From assembly GCA_002269645.1 (NCBI GenBank), contig NIVC01000268.1:671090-735089 (forward strand): a stretch of DNA of 64,000 nucleotides, written 5' to 3'. The translations under genes were made by a program, and so were the position numbers. This DNA comes from Macrostomum lignano (Eukaryota). Every line of letters starts with the position of its first letter. Positions within the stretch are counted from its first letter, which is position 1. The notes under the pieces are model-generated. The model was not told where the DNA came from. It made no database searches and saw only the letters and a program-made list of their open reading frames with translations. Of the stretch, positions 28,894-41,124 are shown piece by piece.

Positions 28894-29339
28894 ATTTAGG
28901 CAACCTAATATAATTTTTTAATCTGGCTTGCCTTATTCAAACTGACAGGCACAAATTCGTACATTTAAATAGCTTCCTAGAAAATCGTCTTTCAGTCCTT
29001 ACGAACTTCATTACAAAAGACGAGTTTGATTGAAATGTAAGACTGGAGTCGTCATGGCTACGTGGTAACAACAAACGACTGTAAGAACGTGAACAAAACC
29101 TTTAAATCCTTTGTCATCAACAATATTCAGTGTCTCAAAGGAATTAGAGATGCACAGTTACTTAAATTACCAAATTTGTTTCAACTAACTTACTTTAAAC
29201 GCGTATATGGACCAAGTTCAGTTTTATATTTTACAAACGTTTTATCGATTTTATTTAGAGGCTTAGACTGCACTGAAGCAGGAGATTAAGTAAGGCAAAC
29301 CGAGCTAGGGTTTTAAACGGTTAAGGAGAGTGAGATCCA

Positions 29340-29985
29340 GTAAGGAGAGAGTGAGATGCAGATAGGGGAAAAACAGAGTGAGATGCAGATAGGGGAAAAA
29401 CAGAGTGAGATGCAGATAGTGGAGAAACAGAGTGAGATGCAGATAGTGGAGAAACAGAGTGAGATGCAGATAGTGGAGAAACAGAGTGAGATGCAGATAG
29501 TGGAGAAACAGAGTGAGATGCAGATAGGGGAGAAACAGAGTGAGATGCAGATAGGGGAGAAACAGAGTGAGATGCAGATAGTGGAGAAACAGAGTGAGAT
29601 GCAGATAGGGGAAAAACAGAGTGAGATGCAGATAGTGGAGAAACAGAGTGAGATGCAGATAGGGGAAAAACAGAGTGAGATGTAGATAGGGGAGACACAG
29701 AGTGAGATGCAGATAGGGGAGACACAGAGTGAGATGCAGATAGGGGAGACAGAGTGAGAGGCAGATAGGAGAGAAACAGTGAGATGCAGATAGGGGAGAA
29801 ACAGAGTGAGATGCAGATAGGAGAGAAACAGAGTGAGATGTAGATAGGGGAGACACAGAGTGAGATGCAGATAGGAGAGAAACAGAGTGAGATGCAGATA
29901 GGGGAGAAACAGAGTGAGATGCAGATAGGGGAGTCTGAGAGTGAGATGCAGATAGGCGAGTCTGAGAGTGAGATGCAGATACGGC
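29340..29985. repeat. 27-bp minisatellite (GAAACAGAGTGAGATGCAGATAGGGGA)
   Basis: Visible; the ORFs here are repeat translations. Confidence 0.96.
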
Positions 29986-30429
29986 AGATTCACAGACAGG
30001 AAATTACTGGAGATACTTAGCGACAAAAATCAATAAAACGTGATAAGTTGTATTATCATTGTTGTCACTTTGACGCGCACATTATGCAGCTATTAAAATT
30101 GCATAGCAACAAATATTTTAAACATTTATTACAGCATATATTTGAGAATAAGTATGCATGTACATTTAATGTAACAAACAGGCGACAGCACATAACCCAT
30201 AGAAAATAAATTTCAATTTATTATTAAAGCACTTTAACAATTAAGTGAGGCATCTGACCGAAATTTTATGAAATTTTAACAATATTTTGACGGTTACATC
30301 AAGTCCAGCGTTTCACACATATATATTTACAGACGCATAGTGCTTATGCTTAAAACAAAAATATAATTATACTCAATACAATACTCAAACTATAACCCAT
30401 TAGTAAAGCAAACAACAGAGCCTCACTCA

Positions 30430-30785
30430 TAAAATCCTACCCTATGACACTCTATTAGCTACAAAATCTCACCCCATGAGACTATATTAGCTACAAAATC
30501 TCACCCTATGACACTCTATTAGCTACAAAATCTCACCCCATGAGACTATATTAGCTACAAAATCTCACCCTATGACACTCTATTAGCTACAAAATCTCAC
30601 CCCATGAGACTATATTAGCTACAAAATCTCACCCTATGACACTCTATTAGCTACAAAATCTCACTCCATGAGACTATATTAGCTACAAAATCTCACCCTA
30701 TCAGACTATATTAGCTACAAAATCTCACCCTATGAGACTATATTCGCTACAGAATCTCACCCTATGAGACTATATTAGCTACAAA
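30430..30785. repeat. 32-bp minisatellite with alternating A/B variants
   Basis: CTCACCCTATGACACTCTATTAGCTACAAAAT alternates with CTCACCCCATGAGACTATATTAGCTACAAAAT. Confidence 0.93.
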
Positions 30786-30840
30786 TTGATACACTGGATT
30801 GCTGAGCAATTTAAATTTCCCACAACACCAACCAGTCAGT

Positions 30841-31401
30841 CTAGTTGGCAGCCTGCCAGCTACCCATTCTAGCCTGATCAGCGGCAGCATTCACAGCTGT
30901 CACTAAGCTCTCCGGATCTTTCTGCTGTTTCAATCGTTCCCTTAGCAACTCGGCGATAGCGCGCTGAGTTCGCCTTTCGAGTTTAGCCAGCCTCCGTTCC
31001 GCGCCTCGCTTCAAATCCCAATCCGGTTTCTTCGGTGCAATAGCGGTGATGTCAGAATCGGCAGTTAGCAAGGGCTTCGGCTCGGCCGCTTTCAACTGAT
31101 CGCCCAGACGAGATTCAACGTCAACCAAGTCAGGAGCGGGCAGGTGTCCGGCTGCCAGATGGTCAGTCTCGGCTTTGTAGTTGCGAAACACTGGCAGAAC
31201 AGGTGGAGCCACCGGAATACCAGCTGGAGTGTCCACCGACTCTACTGTCGCTGCTGATTCAGGGTTCAACTGTCGTTGGCGCAGTCGTTGCAGACGTTCT
31301 TTTCGTCGCATGGCCTCTTCGAGACCGGGAGCCGATACCATGCTCAATGACTGCTCAGTGTTGTTACTGTCATTGTCGTTGTTTCTACTGGGCATGGACA
31401 T
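30841..31401 (-). CDS. CCDC12: Coiled-coil domain-containing protein 12 / Cwf18 spliceosomal factor, single coding exon, 186 aa
   Basis: RRKERLQRLR, FRNYK, IAPKKPDWDLKR...KLERRTQRAIAELLRERL are hallmark Cwf18 motifs. Confidence 0.93.
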   Translation of the reverse strand: MSMPSRNNDNDSNNTEQSLSMVSAPGLEEAMRRKERLQRLRQRQLNPESAATVESVDTPAGIPVAPPVLPVFRNYKAETDHLAAGHLPAPDLVDVESRLGDQLKAAEPKPLLTADSDITAIAPKKPDWDLKRGAERRLAKLERRTQRAIAELLRERLKQQKDPESLVTAVNAAADQARMGSWQAAN

Positions 31402-31499
31402 TGTCGCTTGGATAAGGACAGAACTGAAGCCTTCTCTTCAGCTGAAATGTCGTACATAGGAGAATCAAGATACTTCAAGATGCTTCTACACACAAGACT

Positions 31500-32210
31500 G
31501 CTCCTACAGGATGCTTAGCCTGTCACTCTCCCTACAGGATGCTTAGCCTGTCACTCCCCCTACAGGATGCTTAGCCTGTCACTCCCCCTACAGTATGCTT
31601 AGCCTGTCACTCCCCCTACAGTATGCTTAGCCTGTCACTCCCCCTACAGGATGCTTAGCCTGTCACTCCCCCTACAGTATGCTTAGCCTGTCACTCCCCC
31701 TACAGGATGCTTAGCCTGTCACTCCCCCTACAGTATGCTTAGCCTGTCACTCCCCCTACAGGATGCTTAGCCTGTCACTCTCCCTACAGTATGCTTAGCC
31801 TGTCACTCCCCTATAGGATGCTTAGCCTGTCACTCCCCCTATAGGATGCTTAGCCTGTCACTCCAGCTACAGACAGGATGAATAGCCTGTCACTCCCCCT
31901 ATAGGATGCTTAGCCTGTCACTCCCCCTATAGGATGCTTAGCCTGTCACTCCAGCTACAGACAGGATGAATAGCCTGTCACTCCAGCTACAGACAGGATG
32001 AATAGCCTGTCACTCCAGCTACAGACAGGATGAATAGCCTGTCACTCCAGCTACAGACAGGATGAATAGCCTGTCACTCCAGCTACAGACAGGATGAATA
32101 GCCTGTCACTCCAGCTACAGACAGGATGAATAGTCTGTCACTCCAGCTACAGACAGGATGAATAGTCTGTCACTACAGCTACAGACAGGATGCTTTGCCT
32201 GTCACTCCCT
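31500..32210. repeat. 28-bp then 32-bp minisatellite (CAGGATGCTTAGCCTGTCACTCCCCCTA / CAGACAGGATGAATAGCCTGTCACTCCAGCTA)
   Basis: Visible. Confidence 0.95.
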
Positions 32211-32491
32211 GAAACGCATAACTCGTAATTCAATACTAACGTAAGGTTTCCTGAATACAGAGAATTTCTGAATAAAAACAGAATACACACGCTAGCTTAT
32301 ACTAACTAACAAAATTATAGCAAACACAGCAATGGAGGCCAAAACACGGATAAATTCCACGAAAACGCATGAGCCATCTACGAGGCCACAAACAAACTGT
32401 ATTTATTGTTCAATCTGAACTTTGAACGAAATAACTTGAAACACCAAAACCAGTTAATTGTTTTAATTAATTCGGCCCAGCAGTCAGTTAT

Positions 32492-35486
32492 TCAAGAGCT
32501 AACAGCGGTCGATGGCTGTCCAGTTGTAGAGGGAATTTCATCCAGCTCACCGGGCGCCAGGACTTGCAGTTTAGTTTGCACCTCTTGCAGATTGTCGTGC
32601 CATTGTTGCAGGGTGTGCCGCAACGAGGTCCACTGGGCCCGGCCGAATGTCCGGTGGGTGGTGCCGTAGACAAGCACTTTGCGCTGCACTTCGTCTAGTT
32701 TGCAGAATACCGCCTCCTTGCGAGCGGCTAAGGTAGGATAAATAGGTGAGCTGTATTGTTTACTGTTTACCGGCCTAGTTAACCTTAACACAAACACACT
32801 TTACTGTACAATTAAAGGCTCGATAACAAAATATGGTTCTTAGAATCGATTTACAAATAAAAGGTTTCTAAGAAACCGCCCTACCGGTAAAAATGGAATT
32901 GCCCTATTAAATTATTTCCCAAAATCGACCAAAACTAAACTTTTCTAAGAATCACCATATTGAAATATTTCCAAGAATCACCATATTGAAATATTTCCAA
33001 GAATCACCGTATTGAAATATTTCCAAGAATCACCATATTGAAATATTTCCAAGAATCATCATATTAAAATATTTCCAAGAATCACCATATTGAAATATTT
33101 CCAAGAATCACCATATTGAAATATTTCCAAGAATCACCATATTGAAATATTTCCAAGAATCACCATATTGAAATATTTCCAAGAATCACCATATTGAAAT
33201 ATTTCCAAGAATCACCGTATTGAAATATTTCCAAGAATCACCATATTGAAATATTTCCAAGAATCACCGTATTGAAATATTTCCAAGAATCACCATATTG
33301 AAATATTTCCAAGAATCACCATATTGAAATATTTCCAAGAATCACCATATTGAAATATTTCCAAGAACCACCATATTGAAATATTTCCAGGAATCACCCC
33401 AAACTAAACATTTCCAAGGATCTCACTAATTAATAAATATTTCAAAAATCACCCTGAATCAAATACTTCTAAGAATCGCATCTGATAGAACATTTGTTAG
33501 AACTGCTTCGAAAAAAGAAGTCATGCAGTACAAACCATCAATGATGAACTCTTCCAGATCGTCAGACTCCATCTTGAGCTCATCCTGCAGCAGTGCATAG
33601 TCCAGCTCTAGCTTATTCTCAGCCAGCCGCATCAGGGTCAACAACCTGAGCTTGTTCATGCAGGACTCGGCGCAGATGTTTAAACCGCGAACAAAATCGG
33701 CATTTTTGTCGGCAAAAGTCAAATAGTCGGTCAGGCTGCCGCTAACAAAGATCATCAATAGTTCGTGAATCAGTTCGCCTTCGAGAAACTGGATAGGTTT
33801 CAAGCTGAGCAGATGGTCCATGATGTAGACGGAATCGTCTGATAGGGTGGCCACGATGCACATGATGGCTTCGTCTCTGGCTTTGGATGCGTCCTGCTCG
33901 GTGTAGGCGTCCATCAGGTCGATTAAACAGGCGTTGGCGCTCGCCGTGTCGCCGCTGCGCGTTAGTGCCGAATGCAGCCGGCGCCACAGGGTCTGTCAGG
34001 GGTGAGATTCAAGGGCCACTTATCTCAGGGGTGAGATTTTAAAAGCCACTTATTTCAGGGGTGAGATTTTAAAGCCACTTATTTCAGGGGTGAGATTTTA
34101 AAGCCACTTATTTCAGGAGTGAGATCTCAGAGCCGCTAATCTCAGGGGTGAGATTTTAGAACCACTTATCTCAGGGGTGAGATTTTAGAACCACTTATCT
34201 CACAGGTCAGATTTTAGAACCACTTATCTCAGGGGTGAGATCTCAGAGCCGCTTATGTCAGGGTGGGACCTCAGAGCTGCTTATCTCAGGGTTGAGATTC
34301 AAGACCCGCTAATCTCAGGGGTGAGATTTAGGTCCCGCTTATATTAGGGGTGAGATTTAGGAGCATCGCTCATCTTTGGAGTGAGATTTAGAAGACTCTA
34401 TCTCAGGGGTGAGATTTAGGACACGCTAATCTCAGGGTTGAGATATAAGATTCGCTAATCTCGAGGGTGAGATTCAAGACCCGCTAATCTCATGGGTGAG
34501 ATTTAGGATCCGCTTATCTCAGGGGGTGAGATTTAGGACACGCTTATCTTAGAGGTGAGATTTATGAACCGCTTATCTCAGGTGTGAGATTTAGGATCTG
34601 CTTATCTCAAAGGTGAGATTTAAGGGCTGCTTATCTCAGAGTTGATATTTAAGGGCCGCTTATCTCAGAGTTGATATTAAGGGCCGCTTATCTCAAAGGT
34701 GAGATTTAAGGGCCGCTTATCTCAAAGGTGAGATTTTAGGGCCGCTTATCTCAAAGGTGAGATTTAAGGGCCGCTTATCTCAAAGGTGAGATTTTAGGGC
34801 CGCTTATCTCAAAGGTGAGATTTTAGGGCCGCTTATCTCAAAGGTGAGATTTAAGGGCCGCTTATCTTAAAGGTGAGATTTATGAACCGCTTATCTCAGG
34901 CGTGAGCTCCAGTGTTAAAACCGTAATGTCTGACCTTCCTATCTTCTGGGCTGCACTGCCAGTCGCTCATCCAGTTGCGCAGCTGAACCCGATCCGTGAC
35001 CACCTGATTCATTCGTTTCTCCTCAGACGCGGTCTCAACCAGAGCCAGATAGACCGTATACCTTAGCGGAGAATTCTCAGGCAATATGCGAAACAGATTC
35101 TGCAGCGGCGACACTTTGCAAGCGGCCGCGGCTTCTCGAACTGACGGTGCAACGTTGGCGACTTGCTGCTGCTGCTGCTGCTGTTGTTGTTTGGCATCTT
35201 CAGCCTGAGCTCCACCGGCTAGGGCCAGTTTCAAGTTCAGACTGCACACAGCTTTGCAGAATAGGTCAACAGCGTTAGGCATGGCGGATTGCGGCATTTC
35301 AACTAGCAGGGAGACAATTCCGTTTAGTACAGATTCAATGTCAGCTGGTGGAATGGGTTTCTGGGACAGGACAGACAGGCCTGGCAACACTTTTGTCAGC
35401 TGTTCGTGCCATGGCCCTGTTGAGGCGTCCACAGTCTGGGCACCGGACCAGCCCAGCGATTTGAGGAAATCGCACAACTCCGACAC
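32492..35486 (-). CDS. EIF3M: Translation initiation factor eIF3 subunit M; exons 35486-34935, 33992-33536, 32727-32492 (first short exon not located)
   Basis: DHLLSLKPIQFLEGELIHELL.IFVS, NKLRLLTLM and CKLDEVQRKVLV..TTHRTFGRAQW match eIF3m; junction phases 0 and 1 are consistent; AATAAA about 85 nt after the stop. Confidence 0.93.
32940..33410. repeat. 26-bp minisatellite (AATCACCATATTGAAATATTTCCAAG) in an eIF3m intron
   Basis: Visible. Confidence 0.95.
33997..34897. repeat. ~30-bp minisatellite (GCTTATCTCAGGGGTGAGATTTAAGGGCC) filling an eIF3m intron
   Basis: Visible; each unit contains the ATCTCA-N4-TGAGAT inverted repeat. Confidence 0.93.
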
Positions 35487-35898
35487 CTGAGTTTTGATAG
35501 TTGTGTTGCATGTGTGTCCATGAGCTTAAACATGATATTTCACCTATGTATAACCTATATAACAATGCCAAGTTAGAGTTATATAAATACATCAGACTCT
35601 ATAGATAGCCTTTGCTATTACAGTCATAGACATACTTACTTTAGCTCATTTATATATCATAAATTAGGGGCCTAATGAATGCAATGAAAGGAGCAATATA
35701 TACAAAGTTCTATGTATTAAATATTAGGACTAACGCCTATTAAAAGCTTTTCGCGCCGGAGCTAGAAATAGAAAAACTCCGTTCCTGCCGACATGATCAG
35801 CAGGGCTGACCATAGAGCATAGCTAGAATCTTGATGCGCCCCTGAGCAAAGCCTTTCTAGCCGAGAAGGGAGCATTTTAAATACCTTTTCAAGCTCGA

Positions 35899-36449
35899 CT
35901 TTGGCAAAAGTGACTTCAATTTTGGCAGCCCATAGAAAAAGCGTACGCCTGTCAGCAACATGTCTATGGTAAACTGTGGTAGAATCGGTTAAAGCGTGCA
36001 TTTAACTTTGGCAAAAGTGACTTCAATTTTGGCAGCCCATAGAAAAAGCATACGCCTTCTAGCAACATGTCTATGGTAAACTGTGGTAGAATCGGTTAAA
36101 GCGTGCATTTAACTTTGGCAAAAGTGACTTCAATTTTGGCAGCCCATAGAAAAAGCATACGCCTTCTAGCAACATGTCTATGGTAAACTGTGGTAGAATC
36201 GGTTAAAGCGTGCATTTAACTTTGGCAAAAGTGACTTCAATTTTGGCAGCCCATAGAAAAAGCATACGCCTTCTAGCAACATGTCTATGGTAAACTGTGG
36301 TAGAATCGGTTAAAGCGTGCATTTAACTTTGGCAAAAGTGACTTCAATTTTGGCAGCCCATAGAAAAAGCATACGCCTTCTAGCAACATGTCTATGGTAA
36401 ACTGTGGTAGAATCGGTTAAAGCGTGCATTTAACTTTGGCAAAAGTGTT
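35899..36449. repeat. 107-bp tandem repeat, about 5 copies
   Basis: GCAAAAGTG recurs at 35904, 36011, 36118 and onward. Confidence 0.95.
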
Positions 36450-39400
36450 TTGCTAGTTTTGCCAAAAATAAAAAAAATCTCACTATATTTGTTTTTAATT
36501 GCCATGGCATAACTAGCTAGCATTATGCAATTTATCATAATATAGTAAAAAGTAATTTAGTATAGCAAGGCAAGAAATAATGTTGTGTATAGCATTTAAA
36601 AAACTACATCAAATTCTATTAGGGTCAGACAAAATCTCAATCTTGATCTCAATTGTCAATTGAAATATTTTTGAAAAATTGTATTCTGTTAAATTTTGCA
36701 CCACAGTTTACTTGCATTAAGCTTCAAAAGACTCCTGCCTTCAGCAACCTCAGTGATTTTGACAAATTTATTATTAGAAAACAACTCAAGATTAATGATT
36801 GGCAACTGTGCAAAGCTTGCAATTTTCTACATTAAATGAAAAGCATGTTCAAACAAAAAAATATGTTTTGTCTCTTTCTAAGATCTTTTTAAGTCTTTGT
36901 AAGATCCACAAGGCAGGTTACTGATTGTCTCAATGGTGGGAACAGCCAAATACTACCTAGCCATATCATAATAAATTTATTAAGCCAGTCATCTTGTGTT
37001 GATGTTATATGTGTATATAAGCAAGTGTGTGTGTATACAAGGTATATTACATATGTGGTATATAGCAAGGCATACTTAATGAGGATGCCTTGTTATATTT
37101 GCTATATATATTGCTATATATGCCTTGCTATAATAAATATAATTTATATTAAAAAAATAATTTTATATTAGTAAGCCAAGTGAAATAGAGAAGTGATCAG
37201 AAACTATAATTTATGGAATAAAACAATAGAAAACTTGATAACAAGATAATATTTGACTCTAGTAAAAGCAAGATATTAGACATGTTTCAGTCAGATTAAA
37301 TACATTTTCAACTTCCTATATATTATTGAAGACTCAACCATACAAATAAATTTATTTAAGGCTAATTGAAGTATCATGGGGATACATTTCATAATTTTGG
37401 TTTAGCATACCTTGTATACTTGTACTATATAAAGTAGTATTGTTATTATAGTAAGCAGCAATGATATTAAGCTATGAATTATTAGCATACATTATATTAG
37501 CATATTATATTAGCATAGATTAATTATTAGCATTATTAGCATAGAACTGGCATGGACTGTAATAAAAAGCATTGCCAATATTTTTTTATCTTTTGCTGAC
37601 TTATGGATTTCTATTTTAATATAAGTTTAAAGTTCAATAGTTCCAATAATCAGTAAATATAAAATTGTACATAGAAAGATTTCTAAATATTATAACATTT
37701 TTGGCATTCTTTATAAACTTAAAAATGATTAAAAATTTAATTATTGCATTAAAGTGAATTACAAACTTACTGTCATCCCTCACCATGCAAGGAACAAATG
37801 TTTTAGTAAATCAAAAAAGCCAAAAACACATGGCTATTGTCTTCACAGTTGGACAAATTTTTAAAGTCTAGCACTTTGACAATTTTTTGGCACAAAGTAT
37901 AACATCTGATTGTAACACTGACAGTGCATTAAAACTGGCAAACTCTTATTCCAAAAGTACTGAACATTTGTTGCCCAATGCTCTCTATGCTGCAGCTTCT
38001 GCCAAATGTCTTAAAGAAAACAATGTTGACAACAATGAGAGAGATAATGAAATTAATGACAAAAATTTTTCTCTATGCCACAAATCATCTAGTGATATAA
38101 GCAATAATGAGGAAGAACTTCCAAATTAGAGATCCTTAAATGCAGCAGCCAGAAGGAGAAAGGTTATTACCTTAGAATGGCAAATGCTATTGCTGCCTCT
38201 CTAGTTGCCACAGCTTCATCCTTTGCAGTTACAAGATCACTACTAATGTCAAAAATTTTAATTGCTAATTCTTTTGTACCTGCTGAGCCTAATGTCATGA
38301 TGGTGCCAAAAAATCTGCTGTCAAGTTTGGTCAATGAGGTAAATACATTTGTCAAACTTCAGAAAGATACAAACAAGTGCCTTCAAGGAATTGTGCAAAA
38401 TAAAAAAGAATGCTTCAAAGCTGGCCAAGAAAGTTGCATGGTATTAGCTATTGGCTATCTAGCAAAGCTGCTGTCCCAGCTTACCCTATTTACACTATGC
38501 TCAGACTACTGCAACCCTGATTCGAAGGCCCTGAGTGATAGGCTCAGAGTGCAGCTATTTCAAATAGCCATTGAGACAAATAATCTTGTTGTACAATGCC
38601 AAGACTTAGACCCTGGCAGATGCCTTAGAGGCAGCTGGACACTATGTATGCAGCCATACTGTGTGTGGAGACTGGAGTTTGGAAAGTATAGCAGTCTAGG
38701 CAGCAAGACCAACACTACACTTTATGCAAGGTGCACCTGATGTAGCCTTCTGACCTACTATGTGGGTGGTGACTTTGATTGGCTAGCCACGTCTTCCTCT
38801 TAGAGGCTCACTGCCCTGAGTTGCTATATAAAGTACTGCTGCTCAAGCTGCAAAGACTGCGTAGGCAAGGGCAAAGGCAAATGGCAATATATCCTGACTA
38901 GCTTTTAACTAATGCTGGCACCTTACACCAAGCTAGGGTGTGACTTTATAAGGGCTAGGACCTAGAAATATGCTCTTTGACTTTTTCTCCCCTTTCTGGC
39001 CACTGTGTAATAGGAAGGGAAATATTTTGTTGTTATATATATCCTTGACTAAAATTTGACTTGACCCTACTTTTTTTCCAACTCAGCCTATAGTCAAAAT
39101 AATGCTGGGTGCACACCTGAACAAAAATGGAATAATTATAAATGCACACCAGAAAAAAAAATAAAAAATAAAAAATCCAAAATTCAAAATAAGATTATTT
39201 TCTTTTATCTTTTAAATTTAAATTGCTATATAATAGATACTAGGCCTAATATAAAGTGCACATTTCTTTTTTCTTAATGCCCATATAATTTTTTGCTTGG
39301 CATATGGTGCACAGTTAAAAAATTGACTATTAGCAATTTGTTGCAACAGCGGCGCACATGGCACACCTTCCTGACCATAGATTAAGAATAGTGCATCTTC

Positions 39401-41124
39401 ACAATTTACACTTTCTATAATGAAGCTCATATAAAAAATCATATAGAAATGACTTAAAAAAGGCTGTCTCAAAATTTTATAATCAAGATAAAATCTTAAA
39501 CCTATATAACTTTTGCTAACAGCAAAATCTAAAAATGTGGGATAAAATGGTAAAACAAATTTGTGGACATTTGATGGAAGGTAGCATATCTAAAAAAGCT
39601 TTCTGAAAGATAGATAAGTCTTTAAAATAGTTCTGGATAAAAACTATTGTTTTCATGCCTTACAACACTAAATAAACAAGTAAAAAATCACAAAAAACAT
39701 TTTAAAAGTTCAAGTTGACCAATTTGAAATTTTTGGTTTCACTTTTTTTCATTTATAAACAATTAATTACAAGATTTGTAGACCTAAGAAAAGGCTATTT
39801 TTTACTACTTACAATGTATTCTTTTACAAATATAAGAATACAAAAGATTCCATGTTTTATTTTTATTTTATTCACAAAGATGAAGAATTTCTAAGTATTT
39901 CTAAGTTTTTCTAAAGCCACATAAACTTGCAAAAATTCATACTAATTTAAAGTGCAAAGTTTGCTAGTAAACATCTTGTCTAAAAGTAAATATACCGCTA
40001 ATTCCTTGTTGCAAAATAATCTTCAAGTTGTTTTCTTTCATCTAAATATCAACTTGTAGAGTATTAATGTATATAATATGCCTATATTTAGCCTTCAATT
40101 TTTTTAGATTAAAATTGGCACTACAAAATTTGAACCTTGTATCCAAATCAAATGCTTCCTATAGGCTTATTAAGCAACAAAGAACAATGAAATTACACCT
40201 AAATATATATCATTGTGGCATGTATAATGTAATTATTAGAGCTTTTCTATCATTATATGAGAGTCATTTTATCATAATTTAATTTACTATTTTAACAAAT
40301 CATTTTGTTAAAAATAAGGCTATACATAAATAATTTGTGCTTTTATAGATATTTTTTTAACTTTTTAAACTCAAATAAATTTATTTTATAGCTTTATCAT
40401 TTTTAAAACACAAAACTGAATTTTCAAAACATTGCCACCAATTTTTTGATTTTGCCTAATATATTTTTAGACATATCTTCTAAGTTCAATGATGGGCACT
40501 AGCGCCACTAATGTTTTGTTAGTGCTGCTAATTCTGTTGAATTGAAATTCTGATTAGTGTGCGCTATCAAAGTGCCGCTAATATTTTTTGAAAATTGCTA
40601 ATTGGGCAAAATTATTTTTTGCTATAAAACTAGATGGTTAATGACTGTTTGATACTTAAAATGAGACCCTATTTGAGTAATAAGTTAAAATTATGTAAAT
40701 CTATTAAACCTTTACTAAATAAATCTCTAATATGTTTCTAATTTTCTTAGAAATGCAAAACAAAATTAGAATTTTTTTTCATTTTCATTATCACAAATAA
40801 TCTTGTTTTTGTCATTGACTTTAAAAGTTTTCTTACTACTTTTAATTCATTAGCAAAAAGTTGTTGATTCATTTAATAATTTAATCAAAGAATTCAATGT
40901 TCAACTCAGTTGATATTCTAAGCGATGATACGAAGTGACAGACTATATCAACAAGGTGTGAAATGGCAGTGATGGTAGGGTTATTAAATCTTGTACCGCC
41001 ATTTCAAGCTGATGATCTCACCTTCTTTCTTGAGTATAAGAAGGCTATGGCCATGGTAGCAAGGGCCTTTGACATTTTTCAAGGCAAATAGCATTGTAAT
41101 TTTAGGAACTCTTTTTACTAACTG

